Below are positions 19,727-35,780 of a DNA stretch of 44,765 nucleotides, in pieces. Each line of letters opens with the position of its first letter. The stretch's first letter is position 1. The notes beneath the pieces are model-generated. The model ran no database searches, was not told where the DNA came from, and saw only the letters and a program-made list of their open reading frames with translations. The position numbers were made by a program, and so were the translations under genes. Source of the stretch: Microbacteriaceae bacterium (GTDB taxonomy: Bacteria; Actinomycetota; Actinomycetes; Actinomycetales; Microbacteriaceae); assembly GCA_011620705.1 (NCBI GenBank), contig WOYR01000255.1, positions 1 to 44,765 of the forward strand. Reading direction: 5' to 3'.

Positions 19727-21079
19727 ATGAACCCGGCTCGGCGGATCGCATTCGAGGTGATCCGCGCGGTGCACGAGAGCGACTCGTACGCGAACCTGCT
19801 GCTGCCGTCCAAGCTCGCACAGGCGCGCCTCGGCAAGGCGGATGCCGGACTCGCCACCGAGCTGAGCTACGGCACGCTGCGCCTGCAGGGCTACTACGAC
19901 CGGGTGCTGCAGCTGGCGGTGGATCGCCCGCTCGCCAAGGTCGACCCCGATGTGCTCGATGTGCTGCGTCTCGGCGCCCACCAGCTGCTCGGGATGCGGA
20001 TCGCCCCGCACGCGGCCGTCGACGAGTCGGCCGCGCTGGTCGGCCTCGTCGGCAAGCGCTCGGCGACGGGGTTCGTGAACGGGGTGCTGCGCACTCTCGC
20101 GCGTTCGAGTCCCGAGCAGTGGCAGGAGCGCGCGCTGGCCGGGCTGGACGGCGACGCCCGTCTCGCGGTTCGGGACGCTCATCCGCTGTGGATCGTCGAG
20201 GCATTCCGCGACGCTCTGACCGCGGAGGGCCGCGCCGCGGAGCTGGCCGCCCTCTTGGAGGCGGACAACGAGCCCCCGCGCGTGAGTCTGGTTGCCCTGC
20301 CGGGGCTCGCGGCGCCTGCCGAGGTGGGGGAACCGGGCGGCGTCTCGCCGATCGCCGCACGGTCGGCCGGTGGGGACCCCGCCGGCGACCCGGTTGTGGC
20401 CTCTGGGCGGGCGCGGGTGCAGGACGAGGGATCCCAGCTCGCCGCTCTCGCGCTCAGCCGCGCACGCCCGATCAGGGCGGGGGAGCGCTGGCTGGACATG
20501 TGCGCGGGTCCCGGCGGCAAGGCCGCCGTTCTGGCGTCGGAGGCTGCGGGCGCAGGCGCGACATTGCTCGGCAACGAGGCGATCCCCGCCAGGGCCCAGT
20601 TGGTGCGCAACGCCCTGGCCGTGCTCCCCGATCCGCCCGAGGTCGTCGTCGGTGACGGGCGCCGCTTCGGCGAGGGCGACGAGCGCTTCGACCGGATCCT
20701 GCTCGACGCGCCATGCACCGGGCTCGGGGCACTGCGGCGCCGTCCCGAGGCGCGGTGGCGCAAGCAGCCCTCGGATGTCGCCGCGCTCTCCAAGCTCCAG
20801 GGCGAGTTGCTGGACGCTGCGATCCAGGCGCTCGCCCCCGGTGGCGTGGTCGCATACGTCACCTGCTCGCCGCACCTCGCCGAGACGCGGGAGGTGATCG
20901 CAGGCGCATGGGCGCGCCATCCCGGACTGGTCGCGCTCGACACGCCTGCGGTCGTGCAGGCGATCGCCACGCGCGCGCTCGAGCTGCCGGCCGCGCTGCA
21001 TGTGCAGCTCTGGCCGCACCGGCACGGCACAGATGCGATGTTCATCCAGTTGCTCGGCGCCGGTTCGGGTCCTCACTAA
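19727..21079 (+). CDS. rsmB: 16S rRNA m5C methyltransferase RsmB/Sun (NusB-like N-terminus)
   Basis: VQDEGSQL, DMCAGPGGK, DRILLDAPCTGLG and YVTCS motifs. Confidence 0.93.
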   Translation: MNPARRIAFEVIRAVHESDSYANLLLPSKLAQARLGKADAGLATELSYGTLRLQGYYDRVLQLAVDRPLAKVDPDVLDVLRLGAHQLLGMRIAPHAAVDESAALVGLVGKRSATGFVNGVLRTLARSSPEQWQERALAGLDGDARLAVRDAHPLWIVEAFRDALTAEGRAAELAALLEADNEPPRVSLVALPGLAAPAEVGEPGGVSPIAARSAGGDPAGDPVVASGRARVQDEGSQLAALALSRARPIRAGERWLDMCAGPGGKAAVLASEAAGAGATLLGNEAIPARAQLVRNALAVLPDPPEVVVGDGRRFGEGDERFDRILLDAPCTGLGALRRRPEARWRKQPSDVAALSKLQGELLDAAIQALAPGGVVAYVTCSPHLAETREVIAGAWARHPGLVALDTPAVVQAIATRALELPAALHVQLWPHRHGTDAMFIQLLGAGSGPH

Positions 21080-21088
21080 GGTCGAGGC

Positions 21089-21751
21089 GTGACCGCGCGC
21101 ATCCAGCCCAGCATCCTGAGTGCCGACTTCGTCAACATGCAGGCGGCCGTCGAGGCGGTCGGGAGCGCCGACGCCGTGCACGTCGACGTGATGGACAACC
21201 ATTTCGTGCCGAATCTCACCTTCGGCCCCGAGATGGTCAGGCGCGTGCAGGAGGTGTCGACGATTCCGCTCGATGTGCACCTGATGATCACGGATGTGGA
21301 CCGCTGGGCCCCCGGCTACGCCGAGTTGGGTGCGTTCTCGGTCACGTTCCACGCGGAGGCCACCTCCGAACCCGTCGCTCTCGCGCGCCGCCTGCGCGCG
21401 ATCGGGGCCCGCGCCGGACTCGCTGTGAAGCCCGGCACCGACGTCACGCCCTACCTGGACCTGCTGCCCGAGTTCGACCAGTTGCTCGTCATGACGGTCG
21501 AGCCGGGTTTCGGCGGCCAGAGCTTCATGGCCGACATGATGCCGAAGGTGGCGACGGTGCGCGCCGCCGTCCGTGCGGCGGGTCTGGATGTCTGGGTGCA
21601 GGTGGACGGCGGCATCACGGTCGACACGATCGTGCGGGCTGCCGAGGCGGGAGCCGACACCTTCGTCGCAGGGTCCAGTGTGTACGGCGCGACCGATGCG
21701 GCCGGCGCGATCGCGGCGCTCCGCGCGGCGGCGGCGGGACACGCGCACTGA
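21089..21751 (+). CDS. rpe: Ribulose-phosphate 3-epimerase
   Basis: PSILSADF, HVDVMDNHFVPNLTFG, DVHLM, MTVEPGFGGQ and VDGGI; -10 TAAGGT (21077-21082) 6 nt before GTG. Confidence 0.97.
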   Translation: MTARIQPSILSADFVNMQAAVEAVGSADAVHVDVMDNHFVPNLTFGPEMVRRVQEVSTIPLDVHLMITDVDRWAPGYAELGAFSVTFHAEATSEPVALARRLRAIGARAGLAVKPGTDVTPYLDLLPEFDQLLVMTVEPGFGGQSFMADMMPKVATVRAAVRAAGLDVWVQVDGGITVDTIVRAAEAGADTFVAGSSVYGATDAAGAIAALRAAAAGHAH

Positions 21752-21786
21752 GCCCGCACTGTCCAGCATCTGGTTGACTGGATGGT

Positions 21787-21969
21787 ATGAACGACGAGAG
21801 CGAGCCGGGAACCGGCTCCGACGAGACGAAGCGCAAGTTCCGCGAGGCGCTCGAGCGCAAGAAGTCGAACAGTGACAACCGCGTGGCGGCTCCCGGCAGC
21901 GAATCGACCATCCACGGCGTGCACGGCAAGGCCGGCGGCAAGCGGCAGTTCCGCCGCAAGAGCGTGTAG
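21787..21969 (+). CDS. Small basic protein, DUF5302-like
   Basis: KRKFREALERKK ... KRQFRRKS pattern of a small conserved actinobacterial family; fills the gap between rpe and the FKBP gene. Confidence 0.8.
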   Translation: MNDESEPGTGSDETKRKFREALERKKSNSDNRVAAPGSESTIHGVHGKAGGKRQFRRKSV

Positions 21970-21982
21970 AAAAGAGAGAGCC

Positions 21983-22351
21983 ATGGCTGACAAGACCAAG
22001 CCCGAGATCGACTTCATCGAAGGCGGCGCTCCGAGCGAACTGGTCATCACCGACCTCGAGATCGGCGGCGGCGAGGAGGCGAACCCGGGCGCGTCGGTCG
22101 ACGTGCACTACGTGGGTGTCGACTTCGAGACCGGCGAAGAGTTCGACTCCAGCTGGAGCCGCGGGGAGTCGATCCGCTTCCCGCTCAACGGGCTGATCCG
22201 CGGCTGGCAGGAGGGCATCCCCGGCATGAAGGTCGGCGGTCGCCGCCGGCTCGTCACCCCGCCGGCATACGCATACGGTCCCGCGGGCGGAGGGCATCGT
22301 CTCTCGGGGCGCACGCTGGTCTTCGTGATCGACCTGCTGGGGGTCGAGTAG
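21983..22351 (+). CDS. FKBP-type peptidyl-prolyl cis-trans isomerase
   Basis: [36 protein letters not shown] and LVFVIDL; ATG at 21983 after an AG-rich SD. Confidence 0.95.
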   Translation: MADKTKPEIDFIEGGAPSELVITDLEIGGGEEANPGASVDVHYVGVDFETGEEFDSSWSRGESIRFPLNGLIRGWQEGIPGMKVGGRRRLVTPPAYAYGPAGGGHRLSGRTLVFVIDLLGVE

Positions 22352-22367
22352 TCGGTACCCTGGAGGA

Positions 22368-22631
22368 GTGAAGACCTTCGACGCCCTCTACGAGGAGCTC
22401 CGCGAGAAGGCCGCGACGCGGCCTGCGGGTTCTCGCACGGTCGCGGAGCTCGACGCCGGGGTGCACGCGATCGGCAAGAAGATCGTCGAGGAGGCCGCCG
22501 AGGTGTGGATGGCCGCCGAATACCAGAGCGATGATGAGGCCGCGGTCGAGATCTCGCAGTTGCTGTACCACCTGCAGGTGCTCATGCTCGCCAAGGGGCT
22601 CTCGCTCGACGACGTGCAGCGACATCTCTGA
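22368..22631 (+). CDS. hisE: Phosphoribosyl-ATP pyrophosphatase
   Basis: [23 protein letters not shown] and EISQLLYH; -10 TACCCT (22356-22361) 6 nt before GTG. Confidence 0.96.
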   Translation: MKTFDALYEELREKAATRPAGSRTVAELDAGVHAIGKKIVEEAAEVWMAAEYQSDDEAAVEISQLLYHLQVLMLAKGLSLDDVQRHL

Positions 22632-22678
22632 ATCGATGCGCTGACCCCATCCGACGTCGATCCGAAAGACTTCCCACC

Positions 22679-23518
22679 ATGCTGCGAATCGCGGTGCCCA
22701 ACAAGGGCACCCTCTCCGAAACGGCCGTGCAGATGCTGCAGGAGGCCGGCTACGCCACCCGTCGCGACCCCAAGGAACTGATCGTCGCCGATCCCCGGAA
22801 CGACGTGGAGTTCTTCTACCTGCGGCCGCGTGACATCGCGACCTATGTCGGATCGGGCGCGCTCGACGTCGGTGTGACCGGCCGCGACCTGCTGCTGGAC
22901 TCCCACTCGGCCGCCGTCGAGGTGGACGAGCTCGACTTCGGTGCCTCGACCTTCCGCTTCGCCGGGCCGATCGGGCGCTTCACCGAGCTCGAGCAGTTGA
23001 CGGGCGTGCGCGTCGCGACCAGCTACGCCGCGCTGGTCGGCGACTTCCTGGAGCGCTCCGGTGTGGCCGCCGAGGTGGTGCACCTGGACGGAGCCGTCGA
23101 GTCGGCGGTCCGGCTCGGGGTCGCGGATGCTGTTGCCGACGTGGTCGAGACCGGGTCGACGCTCAAGAAGCAGGGTCTCGAGATCTTCGGCCCGGTCATC
23201 CTGGAGTCGCAGGCCGTGCTGATCGCGGGCAGCGCGGATGCCGGCGGCCTCGACACCTTGCGACGGCGCCTGCGGGGCGTGATGGTCGCCCACCAGTACG
23301 TGCTGATGGATTACGACCTTCCCGCGTCGATGCTCGATGCCGCGTCGAGGATCACGCCGGGGCTCGAGTCGCCGACCGTGTCGCCGACCCGCGACTCGGA
23401 GTGGGTGGCGGTGCGGGTGATGGTGCCGCGGGCCGACACCAACCAGGTGATGGACGCGCTGTACGAGCTGGGCGCCCGCGCGATCCTGGTCAGCGCGATC
23501 CACGCCGCGAGGATCTGA
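22679..23518 (+). CDS. hisG: ATP phosphoribosyltransferase (long form)
   Basis: [40 protein letters not shown] and C-terminal regulatory domain SPTVSP. Confidence 0.97.
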   Translation: MLRIAVPNKGTLSETAVQMLQEAGYATRRDPKELIVADPRNDVEFFYLRPRDIATYVGSGALDVGVTGRDLLLDSHSAAVEVDELDFGASTFRFAGPIGRFTELEQLTGVRVATSYAALVGDFLERSGVAAEVVHLDGAVESAVRLGVADAVADVVETGSTLKKQGLEIFGPVILESQAVLIAGSADAGGLDTLRRRLRGVMVAHQYVLMDYDLPASMLDAASRITPGLESPTVSPTRDSEWVAVRVMVPRADTNQVMDALYELGARAILVSAIHAARI

Positions 23519-23525
23519 GCGCGCC

Positions 23526-24287
23526 GTGAGCATCGTCACACGCGTCATCCCCTGCCTGGATGTCGCGGCCGGCCGCGTCGTCAAGGGCGTCAACTTCCTC
23601 GACCTCCGTGACGCGGGCGACCCGGTCGAGCTGGCGCGCCGCTACTACGAGCAGGGCGCGGACGAGGTCACCTTCCTCGATGTGACCGCGACCGTCGAGG
23701 GCCGGGAGACCATGTACGAGACGGTGACCAGGACCGCGGAGCAGGTGTTCATCCCCTTGACGGTCGGTGGCGGCGTGCGCTCGCCCGATGATGTCGCGCG
23801 GCTGCTTGCCGTCGGCGCCGACAAGGTGGGCGTCAACAGCGCCGCGATCGCCCGCCCGGAGCTGCTCGGCGAGATCGCGGACCGCTTCGGGGCCCAGGTG
23901 CTCGTGCTCTCGCTCGACGTCAAACGCAGCCCGCGTGCGAGCAGCGGCTTCGTCGTCACGACCCACGGAGGCCGGACCGGCACCGGCCTCGACGCCCTGG
24001 ACTGGGCGAAGGAGGCGATCGAGCGCGGAGCAGGCGAGCTGCTGGTGAACTCCATCGACGCCGACGGGACCAAGCAGGGCTACGACCTGGAGCTGGTGGC
24101 CGCGGTGCGCGAGTTGAGCTCTGTTCCGGTGATCGCCAGCGGGGGAGCAGGCAGCGTGGAAGACTTCGCTCCTGCGGTCGCGGCCGGCGCGGACGCCGTG
24201 CTGGCGGCATCGGTGTTCCACAACGGCGAACTGACGGTGGGGGACGTGAAGGCCGCTCTGATTGCCGAAGGGATCGCAGTGCGATGA
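23526..24287 (+). CDS. hisF: Imidazole glycerol phosphate synthase cyclase subunit
   Basis: [32 protein letters not shown] and IASGGAG. Confidence 0.97.
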   Translation: MSIVTRVIPCLDVAAGRVVKGVNFLDLRDAGDPVELARRYYEQGADEVTFLDVTATVEGRETMYETVTRTAEQVFIPLTVGGGVRSPDDVARLLAVGADKVGVNSAAIARPELLGEIADRFGAQVLVLSLDVKRSPRASSGFVVTTHGGRTGTGLDALDWAKEAIERGAGELLVNSIDADGTKQGYDLELVAAVRELSSVPVIASGGAGSVEDFAPAVAAGADAVLAASVFHNGELTVGDVKAALIAEGIAVR

Positions 24288-24676
24288 CGGAGCTCCTGAA
24301 CGACGAGTCGGTTGGCGCGGTGATCGACCGCGCTGCGTTCGACGCGGATGGGCTGCTGCCGGCGATCATCCAGCAGCACGACAGCCGCGAGGTGCTCATG
24401 CTCGGCTACATGGACGCCGAGGCGCTGCGCCGCACCCTCACCGAGGGCCGGGTGACGTTCTGGTCGCGCAGCCGGCAGGAGTACTGGCGCAAGGGCGACA
24501 CCAGCGGCAACATCCAGCTGGTGCGCGGAGCGGCTCTGGATTGCGACGGCGATACGCTGTTGGTCCAGGTCGAGCAGCACGGCCCCGCCTGCCACACGGG
24601 AGCCCGCGCCTGCTTCGACGTCGATCCGCTGACCCCCTTCGTGGAGGACGGCGCAGCCCCCGTGAGCGGCCCGTGA
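24284..24676 (+). CDS. hisI: Phosphoribosyl-AMP cyclohydrolase
   Basis: [22 protein letters not shown] and ACHTG..CF. Confidence 0.97.
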   Translation: MTELLNDESVGAVIDRAAFDADGLLPAIIQQHDSREVLMLGYMDAEALRRTLTEGRVTFWSRSRQEYWRKGDTSGNIQLVRGAALDCDGDTLLVQVEQHGPACHTGARACFDVDPLTPFVEDGAAPVSGP

Positions 24677-26211
24677 CGACGACCACCACCCGCGCGCAGT
24701 TCGATGCGGCGATCGCCGCCGGCCATCGGGTCGTGCCGGTTCTCCGCGAGCTCTTCGCGGACGGCGAGACCCCGATCGGGGTCTACCGCAAGCTGGCGCT
24801 CGGCAGACCCGGCACCTTCCTGCTGGAGTCGGCCGAGCAGGGCGGCATCTGGTCGCGCTTCTCCTTCGTGGGCGTCGGCTCGCTGGGCGTGCTGACCCAG
24901 GAACGTGCAGACGACGGGACGGATCGCGCGGTCTGGCTCGATTACGGGGTCTCCGCCGAGCGCGCGCTCGGTTCCGACGCCCCGACCGTGCCGCTGGCGG
25001 CTCTCGCGCACCTCTACCGGCGCTGGAGCACCCCACGGGTCGACGGGCATCCGCCGCTGACCGGCGGTCTCGTCGGCTTCATCGGCTGGGAGGCGGTCCG
25101 CCAGCTCGAGAAGCTGACGGCGGTGCCGCCTGCCGACTTCTCGGTGCCCGGCCAGGCGCTGAGCTTCGTCAGCGAGCTCGTCGTGCTCGACCACCGCCAG
25201 GGCACCGCAACCCTGATCTGCTCGGTGCTCAACGACGGCACGGACGGCGCAGAGGTGCAGTGGGCCCAGGCGCAGGCCGCGCTCGACCGGCTGCAGACCG
25301 GTCTCGCCCAGCCCTCGGAGGCCTGGATCGCCGAGGTCGACCTCGCACTGGCGCCCATGCCCATTCCGCGGGTCTCCGCCGCGGACTACGAACTCGCGGT
25401 GGAACGCTCCAAGCAGTACATCCGCGATGGGGATGTGTTCCAGGTGGTGATCTCGCAGCGCTTCGACCACGAGATCGACGCGGAGCCGATCGACGTGTAC
25501 CGCGTGCTGCGCGCCCTCAACCCGAGCCCGTACATGTACCTGCTCACGCTGGAGGGTCCGGCGGGCGAGCAGTACTCGATCGTCGGCTCGTCGCCTGAAG
25601 CACTGGTGAAGGTGCAGGGCGGCAGGGTGTTCTCGCATCCGATCGCCGGATCGCGGCCGCGGGGGGAGACCCCCGAGCGCGACCTCGAACTGGCAGAGGA
25701 GCTGCTCGCCGATCCCAAGGAGCAGGCCGAGCACCTCATGCTGGTCGATCTGGCCCGCAACGACCTCTCGAAGGTCTGCGTCGCGGGCTCGGTCGAGGTC
25801 ACCGAGTTCATGCAGGTCGAGCGCTTCAGCCACATCATGCATCTGGTGTCGAGTGTCGAAGGGGATCTGCGCCCGGGTGCCACCTCCATCGACGTCTTCA
25901 CGGCCACCTTCCCCGCAGGCACGCTCTCGGGAGCGCCGAAGCCGCGTGCGATGGAGATCATCGACGAGCTGGAGGTCGCCCAGCGCGGCGTGTACGGCGG
26001 CGTGGTCGGATACTTCGGACTGGCAGGGGATGCCGACCTCGCCATCGCGATCCGCACGGCCACGATCGTGGACGGGCTCGCCCGCGTGCAGGCGGGCGCA
26101 GGACTCGTCGCCGACTCGGATCCGGCCACCGAGTACCAGGAGACGCAGAACAAGGCGGCCGCGCCGCTGCGCGCCGTGGCGATCGCCAACGCGATGCGGC
26201 GGCTCTCATGA
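24673..26211 (+). CDS. trpE: Anthranilate synthase component I
   Basis: [50 protein letters not shown] and QAGAG; GTG 24673 overlaps the hisI stop. Confidence 0.96.
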   Translation: MTTTTTRAQFDAAIAAGHRVVPVLRELFADGETPIGVYRKLALGRPGTFLLESAEQGGIWSRFSFVGVGSLGVLTQERADDGTDRAVWLDYGVSAERALGSDAPTVPLAALAHLYRRWSTPRVDGHPPLTGGLVGFIGWEAVRQLEKLTAVPPADFSVPGQALSFVSELVVLDHRQGTATLICSVLNDGTDGAEVQWAQAQAALDRLQTGLAQPSEAWIAEVDLALAPMPIPRVSAADYELAVERSKQYIRDGDVFQVVISQRFDHEIDAEPIDVYRVLRALNPSPYMYLLTLEGPAGEQYSIVGSSPEALVKVQGGRVFSHPIAGSRPRGETPERDLELAEELLADPKEQAEHLMLVDLARNDLSKVCVAGSVEVTEFMQVERFSHIMHLVSSVEGDLRPGATSIDVFTATFPAGTLSGAPKPRAMEIIDELEVAQRGVYGGVVGYFGLAGDADLAIAIRTATIVDGLARVQAGAGLVADSDPATEYQETQNKAAAPLRAVAIANAMRRLS

Positions 26212-26221
26212 TGGTGATCTC

Positions 26222-26800
26222 ATGACCGGCGGCCGTCTCAAGCTGGTCTCGCTGCTGGGGATCGCGGTGCTCGCCGTGCTGCTGTTCGCCGCCTGGTCGC
26301 AGACCTGGTTCACCCTCACGGTGCAGGGCGAGCCGTTCCCGGTGCCGGGGCAGCTCGCGGGGTCCGCGCTGTCCGCGCTCGCGCTGGCATCCCTGGCACT
26401 CATCGCCGCGCTGGCCATCGCCGGCCCCTTCTTCCGGGTGGTCCTCGGCGTCCTGCAGGCGCTGCTGGGCGTGTGCGTCATCGTGGTCTCGGCCTTCGCG
26501 CTGGCGAATCCTGTGACCTCGGCGACCGCCGCCATCACGAAGGCCACGGGGGTCGCCGGCGCGCGGTCGGTGGCGGGACTGGTCACCGCGACATCCCTCA
26601 CACCCTGGCCGGTGATCGCGATCGTGCTCGGGATCCTGCTGACCCTTCTCGGCCTCGCGATCGCGCCGACGGCCCGCTCCTGGCCGGAATCCGGGCGCAA
26701 GTACACCCGCTCGCGCCTCGTCGCGGCCGATGCCGACGGCCTCGATCCCGTGCAGGAGTGGGATGCGCTCAGCGAGGGCGACGACCCGACCGGGCACTGA
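26222..26800 (+). CDS. Trp-biosynthesis-associated membrane protein (Trp_oprn_chp-like)
   Basis: About four hydrophobic helices, W....RKY motif and C-terminal WDALSEGDDPT; position right after trpE. Confidence 0.88.
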   Translation: MTGGRLKLVSLLGIAVLAVLLFAAWSQTWFTLTVQGEPFPVPGQLAGSALSALALASLALIAALAIAGPFFRVVLGVLQALLGVCVIVVSAFALANPVTSATAAITKATGVAGARSVAGLVTATSLTPWPVIAIVLGILLTLLGLAIAPTARSWPESGRKYTRSRLVAADADGLDPVQEWDALSEGDDPTGH

Positions 26801-26890
26801 GCGGCACCGGCGCCGCCACGACTGCGACGTGTCCAAGGGTGCTGCGGCCGCCCCGCTACACTGGGAGCGATTCGATCAGAAGGAGCAGCA

Positions 26891-27121
26891 GTGGCCGACG
26901 AGACCGAACCCGGTGAGGGCAACTCGCCCGCAGCCTGGACCGCCGTGATCATCATGCTGGCCGCGATCGCAGGGGGCGCCTTCGCCTTCTGGTTCGACGT
27001 GCCGTGGCTGGTGTGGAGTTGCGCCGGCCTCGTGGTCGTCGGCGCGATCGTCGGCGCAGTGCTGTCCAAGCTCGGATACGGGGTCAAGGGCCCGCGCTAC
27101 GTCCCGAAGGTGCATTCCTAG
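26891..27121 (+). CDS. Small two-TM membrane protein, HGxxPAAW/DUF6704-like
   Basis: [10 protein letters not shown], two TM helices and LGYG; SD AAGGAG; candidate -10 TACACT at 26857-26862. Confidence 0.85.
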   Translation: MADETEPGEGNSPAAWTAVIIMLAAIAGGAFAFWFDVPWLVWSCAGLVVVGAIVGAVLSKLGYGVKGPRYVPKVHS

Positions 27122-27122
27122 G

Positions 27123-27905
27123 GTGCTCGCCGATCTCGTCGCGGGGGCCGTCGCAGACGCCTCGGAGCGACGCGCTCTCCGCCCCCTCGCGCAGCTCGAG
27201 GCGGAGGCGCTCGCGCGGCCGGCCGCGCTCGATGCGGTTGCCGCCCTCGCGCCCGCCGATCGGGTCAAGATCATCGCCGAAGTGAAAAGGGCGAGCCCGT
27301 CGCGCGGCGCCCTCGCCGACATCGCCGATCCTGCAGGGCTCGCCGTGTCCTACCAGACCGGGGGCGCGAGCGCGATCAGCGTTCTCACCGAGCAGCGGAG
27401 GTTCCTCGGCTCGCTCGCCGATCTGGAGGCGGTGCGCGCGGCTGTCGACATCCCGGTGCTGCGCAAGGACTTCATCGCCAATCCGTACCAGGTCTTCGAG
27501 GCACGCGCCGCAGGGGCCGATCTGGTGCTGCTGATCGTGGCGGCGCTCGAGCAGAGCGCGCTGCTGGAGCTGCACACGCTCATCCGCCAGCTCGGAATGA
27601 CCGCCCTCGTCGAAACCCACTCGGCCGAGGAGGTGGAGCGGGCGCTGGATGCCGGCGCCTCCGTGGTCGGCGTGAACGCACGCGACCTCAGCACCTTCGA
27701 GCTGGATCGCGAGCTCTTCGGCGCGCTGGCCGGAAGCATCCCGTCCGGGGTGATCCGGATCGCCGAGTCCGCTGTGCGGGAGCCGGCGGATGTCGCCCGC
27801 TATCGGGCCGCCGGAGCCGATGCCGTGCTGGTGGGGGAGGCGCTCGTTACGGGCGGGGAGCCGGTGGCGGCGCTGGAGAGCTTCCTGAACACGGTCAGCG
27901 CGTGA
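27123..27905 (+). CDS. trpC: Indole-3-glycerol phosphate synthase
   Basis: [30 protein letters not shown] and AES. Confidence 0.97.
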   Translation: MLADLVAGAVADASERRALRPLAQLEAEALARPAALDAVAALAPADRVKIIAEVKRASPSRGALADIADPAGLAVSYQTGGASAISVLTEQRRFLGSLADLEAVRAAVDIPVLRKDFIANPYQVFEARAAGADLVLLIVAALEQSALLELHTLIRQLGMTALVETHSAEEVERALDAGASVVGVNARDLSTFELDRELFGALAGSIPSGVIRIAESAVREPADVARYRAAGADAVLVGEALVTGGEPVAALESFLNTVSA

Positions 27906-29116
27906 CCAGCCTGCGCGGGCTGCCCGGCCCGTTCTACGGCGAGTACGGGGGCCGTTTCATGCCCGAGCCGCTCATCGCGGCGATCGACGAGCTCGCGGCC
28001 GCCTACGAGGCCGCCAAGGCGGATCCCGCGTTCCATGCGGAGCTGAAGGCGCTCGAGCACAGCTACAGCGGCCGCCCATCGATCATCACCGAGGTGCCGC
28101 GCTTCGCGGAGCACGCGGGGGGAGCGCGCATCATCCTGAAGCGCGAGGACCTCAACCACACCGGCTCGCACAAGATCAACAACGTGCTCGGGCAGGCGCT
28201 GCTGACGAAGCGGATCGGCAAGACCCGCGTGATCGCCGAGACCGGGGCCGGCCAGCACGGCGTGGCAACGGCGACCGCGGCCGCGCTGTTCGGCTTCGAG
28301 TGCACGATCTTCATGGGCGAGGTCGACACGCGGCGCCAGGCGCTGAACGTCGCCAGGATGCGGCTGCTCGGCGCGGAGGTCGTCTCCGTGGCCAACGGAT
28401 CCCGCACCCTCAAGGACGCCATCAACGAGGCATACCGCGAATGGGTCGGCAGCGTGGAGACCACCAACTACATCTTCGGCACCGCTGCGGGGCCGCATCC
28501 CTTCCCGGCGATGGTCCGCGACTTCCAGAAGGTCATCGGCGAGGAGGCAAGGGCGCAGGTGCTCGAGCTGACCGGCCGGCTGCCGGACGCGGTCGCGGCC
28601 TGCGTCGGCGGTGGATCGAATGCGATCGGCATCTTCGACGCCTTCCTCGACGACGCGGAGGTGGGACTCTTCGGCTACGAGGCGGCGGGGGACGGGATCG
28701 ACACCGAGATGCACGCCGCCGCGATCGAGCGGGGCCGGCCCGGGGTCCTGCACGGCGCCCGCAGCTACCTGCTGCAGGACGAGGACGGCCAGACCGTCGA
28801 GTCGCACTCGATCTCCGCAGGGCTCGACTACCCGGGAGTGGGTCCCGAGCACGCATATCTGGCCGACATCGGCAGGGCGAGCTATCTGCCGGCGACTGAC
28901 GCCGAGGCCATGGAGGCGCTGCGGCTGCTCAGCCGGACCGAGGGGATCATCCCCGCCATCGAGTCGGCGCACGCTCTCGCCGGCGCGCTCAAACTGGGCC
29001 GCGAGCTCGGACCGGAGAGCATCATCCTGGTGAACCTGAGCGGGCGGGGCGACAAGGACGTGCAGACCGCAGGCACCTGGTTCGGGTTGTTCGACGAGGG
29101 CGCCGTGCAGTCGTGA
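27902..29116 (+). CDS. trpB: Tryptophan synthase beta chain
   Basis: [47 protein letters not shown] and LSGRGDKD. Confidence 0.98.
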   Translation: MTSLRGLPGPFYGEYGGRFMPEPLIAAIDELAAAYEAAKADPAFHAELKALEHSYSGRPSIITEVPRFAEHAGGARIILKREDLNHTGSHKINNVLGQALLTKRIGKTRVIAETGAGQHGVATATAAALFGFECTIFMGEVDTRRQALNVARMRLLGAEVVSVANGSRTLKDAINEAYREWVGSVETTNYIFGTAAGPHPFPAMVRDFQKVIGEEARAQVLELTGRLPDAVAACVGGGSNAIGIFDAFLDDAEVGLFGYEAAGDGIDTEMHAAAIERGRPGVLHGARSYLLQDEDGQTVESHSISAGLDYPGVGPEHAYLADIGRASYLPATDAEAMEALRLLSRTEGIIPAIESAHALAGALKLGRELGPESIILVNLSGRGDKDVQTAGTWFGLFDEGAVQS

Positions 29117-29937
29117 GCGCGCTCGGTGTTGAGCACGGCGCGGCGGCTCCGGTTGTCGAGTCGGTCGGTGCCACGATCGCCGCGAACCGCGCGGCGGGTC
29201 GTGGAACGCTGCTGGGCTATCTGCCGATCGGGTTCCCGGATCTCGCCACCAGCATCGATGCGGCCGTCGCCCTGGTCGAGAACGGGGTCGACGCCCTCGA
29301 GCTCGGCGTTCCGTACTCCGATCCGGTGATCGACGGGCTGGCGGTCCAGAAGGCGACCCAGGCGGCGTTGGAGGCCGGGTTCCGGGTGCGCGACGTCTTC
29401 ACCGCGGTCGAGGCGATCCGCGCGAGGGTCGACGCTCCGGCGCTCGTGATGAGCTACTGGAATCCTGTGCTGCAATTCGGTGTCGACCGCTTCGCCGATT
29501 CGCTCGTCGGCGCAGGCGGCGCCGGGCTCATCACCCCTGACATCACCCCGGACTCGGCGGAGGAGTGGATCGCCACGAGCGACAGGACCGGTCTCGATCG
29601 GGTCTTCCTCGCAGCTCCGAGTTCGACTCGGCAGCGCCTGGCGGCGACCGCGGAGGCCAGCCGCGGTTTCGTCTACGCGGTCTCGACGATGGGCGTCACC
29701 GGGGCCCGCCAGGACGTGGACTCCGCGGCACGGACCCTCGTCTCCCGCCTGCGCGACGTGCACGCCGAGAACGTCTGCGTCGGGATCGGCATCTCCACAG
29801 CCGAGCAGGTGGCCGAGGTGCTCGACTACGCCGATGGCGCGATCGTCGGCTCCGCGCTGGTCACCGCTCTCGCAGAGCACGGCGTCGCCGGCGTCTCCCG
29901 CCTCGCTGCGGCTCTCGCTCAGGGTGTCAGTCGCTAG
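29113..29937 (+). CDS. trpA: Tryptophan synthase alpha chain
   Basis: [26 protein letters not shown] and ADGAIVGS. Confidence 0.97.
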   Translation: MSALGVEHGAAAPVVESVGATIAANRAAGRGTLLGYLPIGFPDLATSIDAAVALVENGVDALELGVPYSDPVIDGLAVQKATQAALEAGFRVRDVFTAVEAIRARVDAPALVMSYWNPVLQFGVDRFADSLVGAGGAGLITPDITPDSAEEWIATSDRTGLDRVFLAAPSSTRQRLAATAEASRGFVYAVSTMGVTGARQDVDSAARTLVSRLRDVHAENVCVGIGISTAEQVAEVLDYADGAIVGSALVTALAEHGVAGVSRLAAALAQGVSR

Positions 29938-29994
29938 ACTTCCATCCGGCTGCCGTCCGACTGTCCTGCCCGTCCTTCCGCCGAAAGGGTCAAC

Positions 29995-31083
29995 GTGCTC
30001 CCGCTCACCATCCCGAGTCCGCCCCTGGACTGGTCCGTGTTCTACTTCGGCAGCTGGATCCACTCCTGGCTGCCTGCGTGGCCCGCGGCGTGGAGCCTGC
30101 CGATCCACGTGTACGCGCTCGTCATCCTGGCGGGCATCGTCGTCGCCCTGGTCATCACGAACCACCGTCTGACCAAGCGCGGCGGCGAGCCGTGGGTCGT
30201 CATCGACATCGTGATCGGCGCGATCATCGGCGGCATCATCGGCGCCCGCGCCTGGCATGTCGTGACCCACCTGAGCGACTACTTCGGCCCGGGCAGGAAC
30301 ACCTGGAACCCCTTCCTGCCCGGCGCGGTCTGGAACATCTGGGATGGCGGCGGCGCCATCCTGGGAGCCCTGCTGTTCGGCGCCCTCGGCATCTTCATCG
30401 CCTGCAGGATCACGGGACTGCGGTTCACCTCGGTGGCCGACGCCATCGCGCCAACGCTGCTGGTGGCTCAGGCGCTCGGCCGCATCGGCAACTACTTCAA
30501 CAACGAGCTCTTCGGGCTGCCGACCGATCTGCCGTGGGGGCTGCAGATCCCCTCCGACAACATCGCGTACCCGAAGGGACTGCCGACGAGCGGCGTCTAC
30601 TTCCACCCGACATTCCTCTACGAGATCATCCTCAACCTGATCGGCTTCGCGGTCATCCTGCTCATCGAGAACAGGATCAGCTCGGCGGTCGGCGCCGATG
30701 GGCGCCGCTCCCTGGTCGCCACCCGCCGCCCGCAGTGGCAGTGGGGCAAGGTGCTCGGGCTCTACCTGATCTGGTACGGACTCGTTCGCACCTGGATCGA
30801 GAACATCCGCATCGACCCCAGCCAGACCTTCCTGGGCATCCGCGACAACGTCTGGGGCGCGCTGGCGGCCATCGTGCTCGGCTTGGTCATCATCGTCGTC
30901 CAGACCCGTCGCCATCCGGGCATCGAACCCAGCGTGTACCTCCCGGGCCGGCAGTGGACGCCGTCCGCTGAGGTAGACTCCGAAGACCTCTACTCCGATA
31001 CCGACGAGTCATCCGATGACGTCGACACGGGCGCGAGCACGAGGGGCGGCCTCGCCACAAGCGGAGCCGCTCGCCGCTCCTGA
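29995..31083 (+). CDS. lgt: Prolipoprotein diacylglyceryl transferase
   Basis: [30 protein letters not shown] and IENIR; candidate -10 TAGACT at 29935-29940. Confidence 0.95.
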   Translation: MLPLTIPSPPLDWSVFYFGSWIHSWLPAWPAAWSLPIHVYALVILAGIVVALVITNHRLTKRGGEPWVVIDIVIGAIIGGIIGARAWHVVTHLSDYFGPGRNTWNPFLPGAVWNIWDGGGAILGALLFGALGIFIACRITGLRFTSVADAIAPTLLVAQALGRIGNYFNNELFGLPTDLPWGLQIPSDNIAYPKGLPTSGVYFHPTFLYEIILNLIGFAVILLIENRISSAVGADGRRSLVATRRPQWQWGKVLGLYLIWYGLVRTWIENIRIDPSQTFLGIRDNVWGALAAIVLGLVIIVVQTRRHPGIEPSVYLPGRQWTPSAEVDSEDLYSDTDESSDDVDTGASTRGGLATSGAARRS

Positions 31084-31205
31084 AAGAAAACGTCCAGCGA
31101 CACCACGCCGGGATGCCGGACCCGCTTCTCCAGCGGCCGACGGCACAGTTCCACACGTTGGGCCAGCGACGTCCCATCCCCTGCACCATCGTGAGGACGG
31201 TACCC

Positions 31206-35772
<4,567 letters not shown>

Positions 35773-35780
<8 letters not shown>

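Noticed and set aside
21760-21786. Third PafBC-type promoter before the DUF5302-like gene (TGTCCA...TTGACT)
   Set aside because: Both boxes mismatch and the spacing is 8 nt rather than 10.
22632-22678. His leader peptide or attenuator before hisG
   Set aside because: There is no His-codon run and no terminator hairpin in the 47-nt spacer.
166-26800. Long N-terminal extensions in ORF-track entries (166..1170, 7270..8940, 16319..18748, 17926..19716, 24262..26211, 25853..26800) suggesting fusions or frameshifts
   Set aside because: The extensions are Arg/Pro/Ala-rich off-frame reads of the upstream gene. Proper internal starts with overlap, SD or leaderless signals exist for each.
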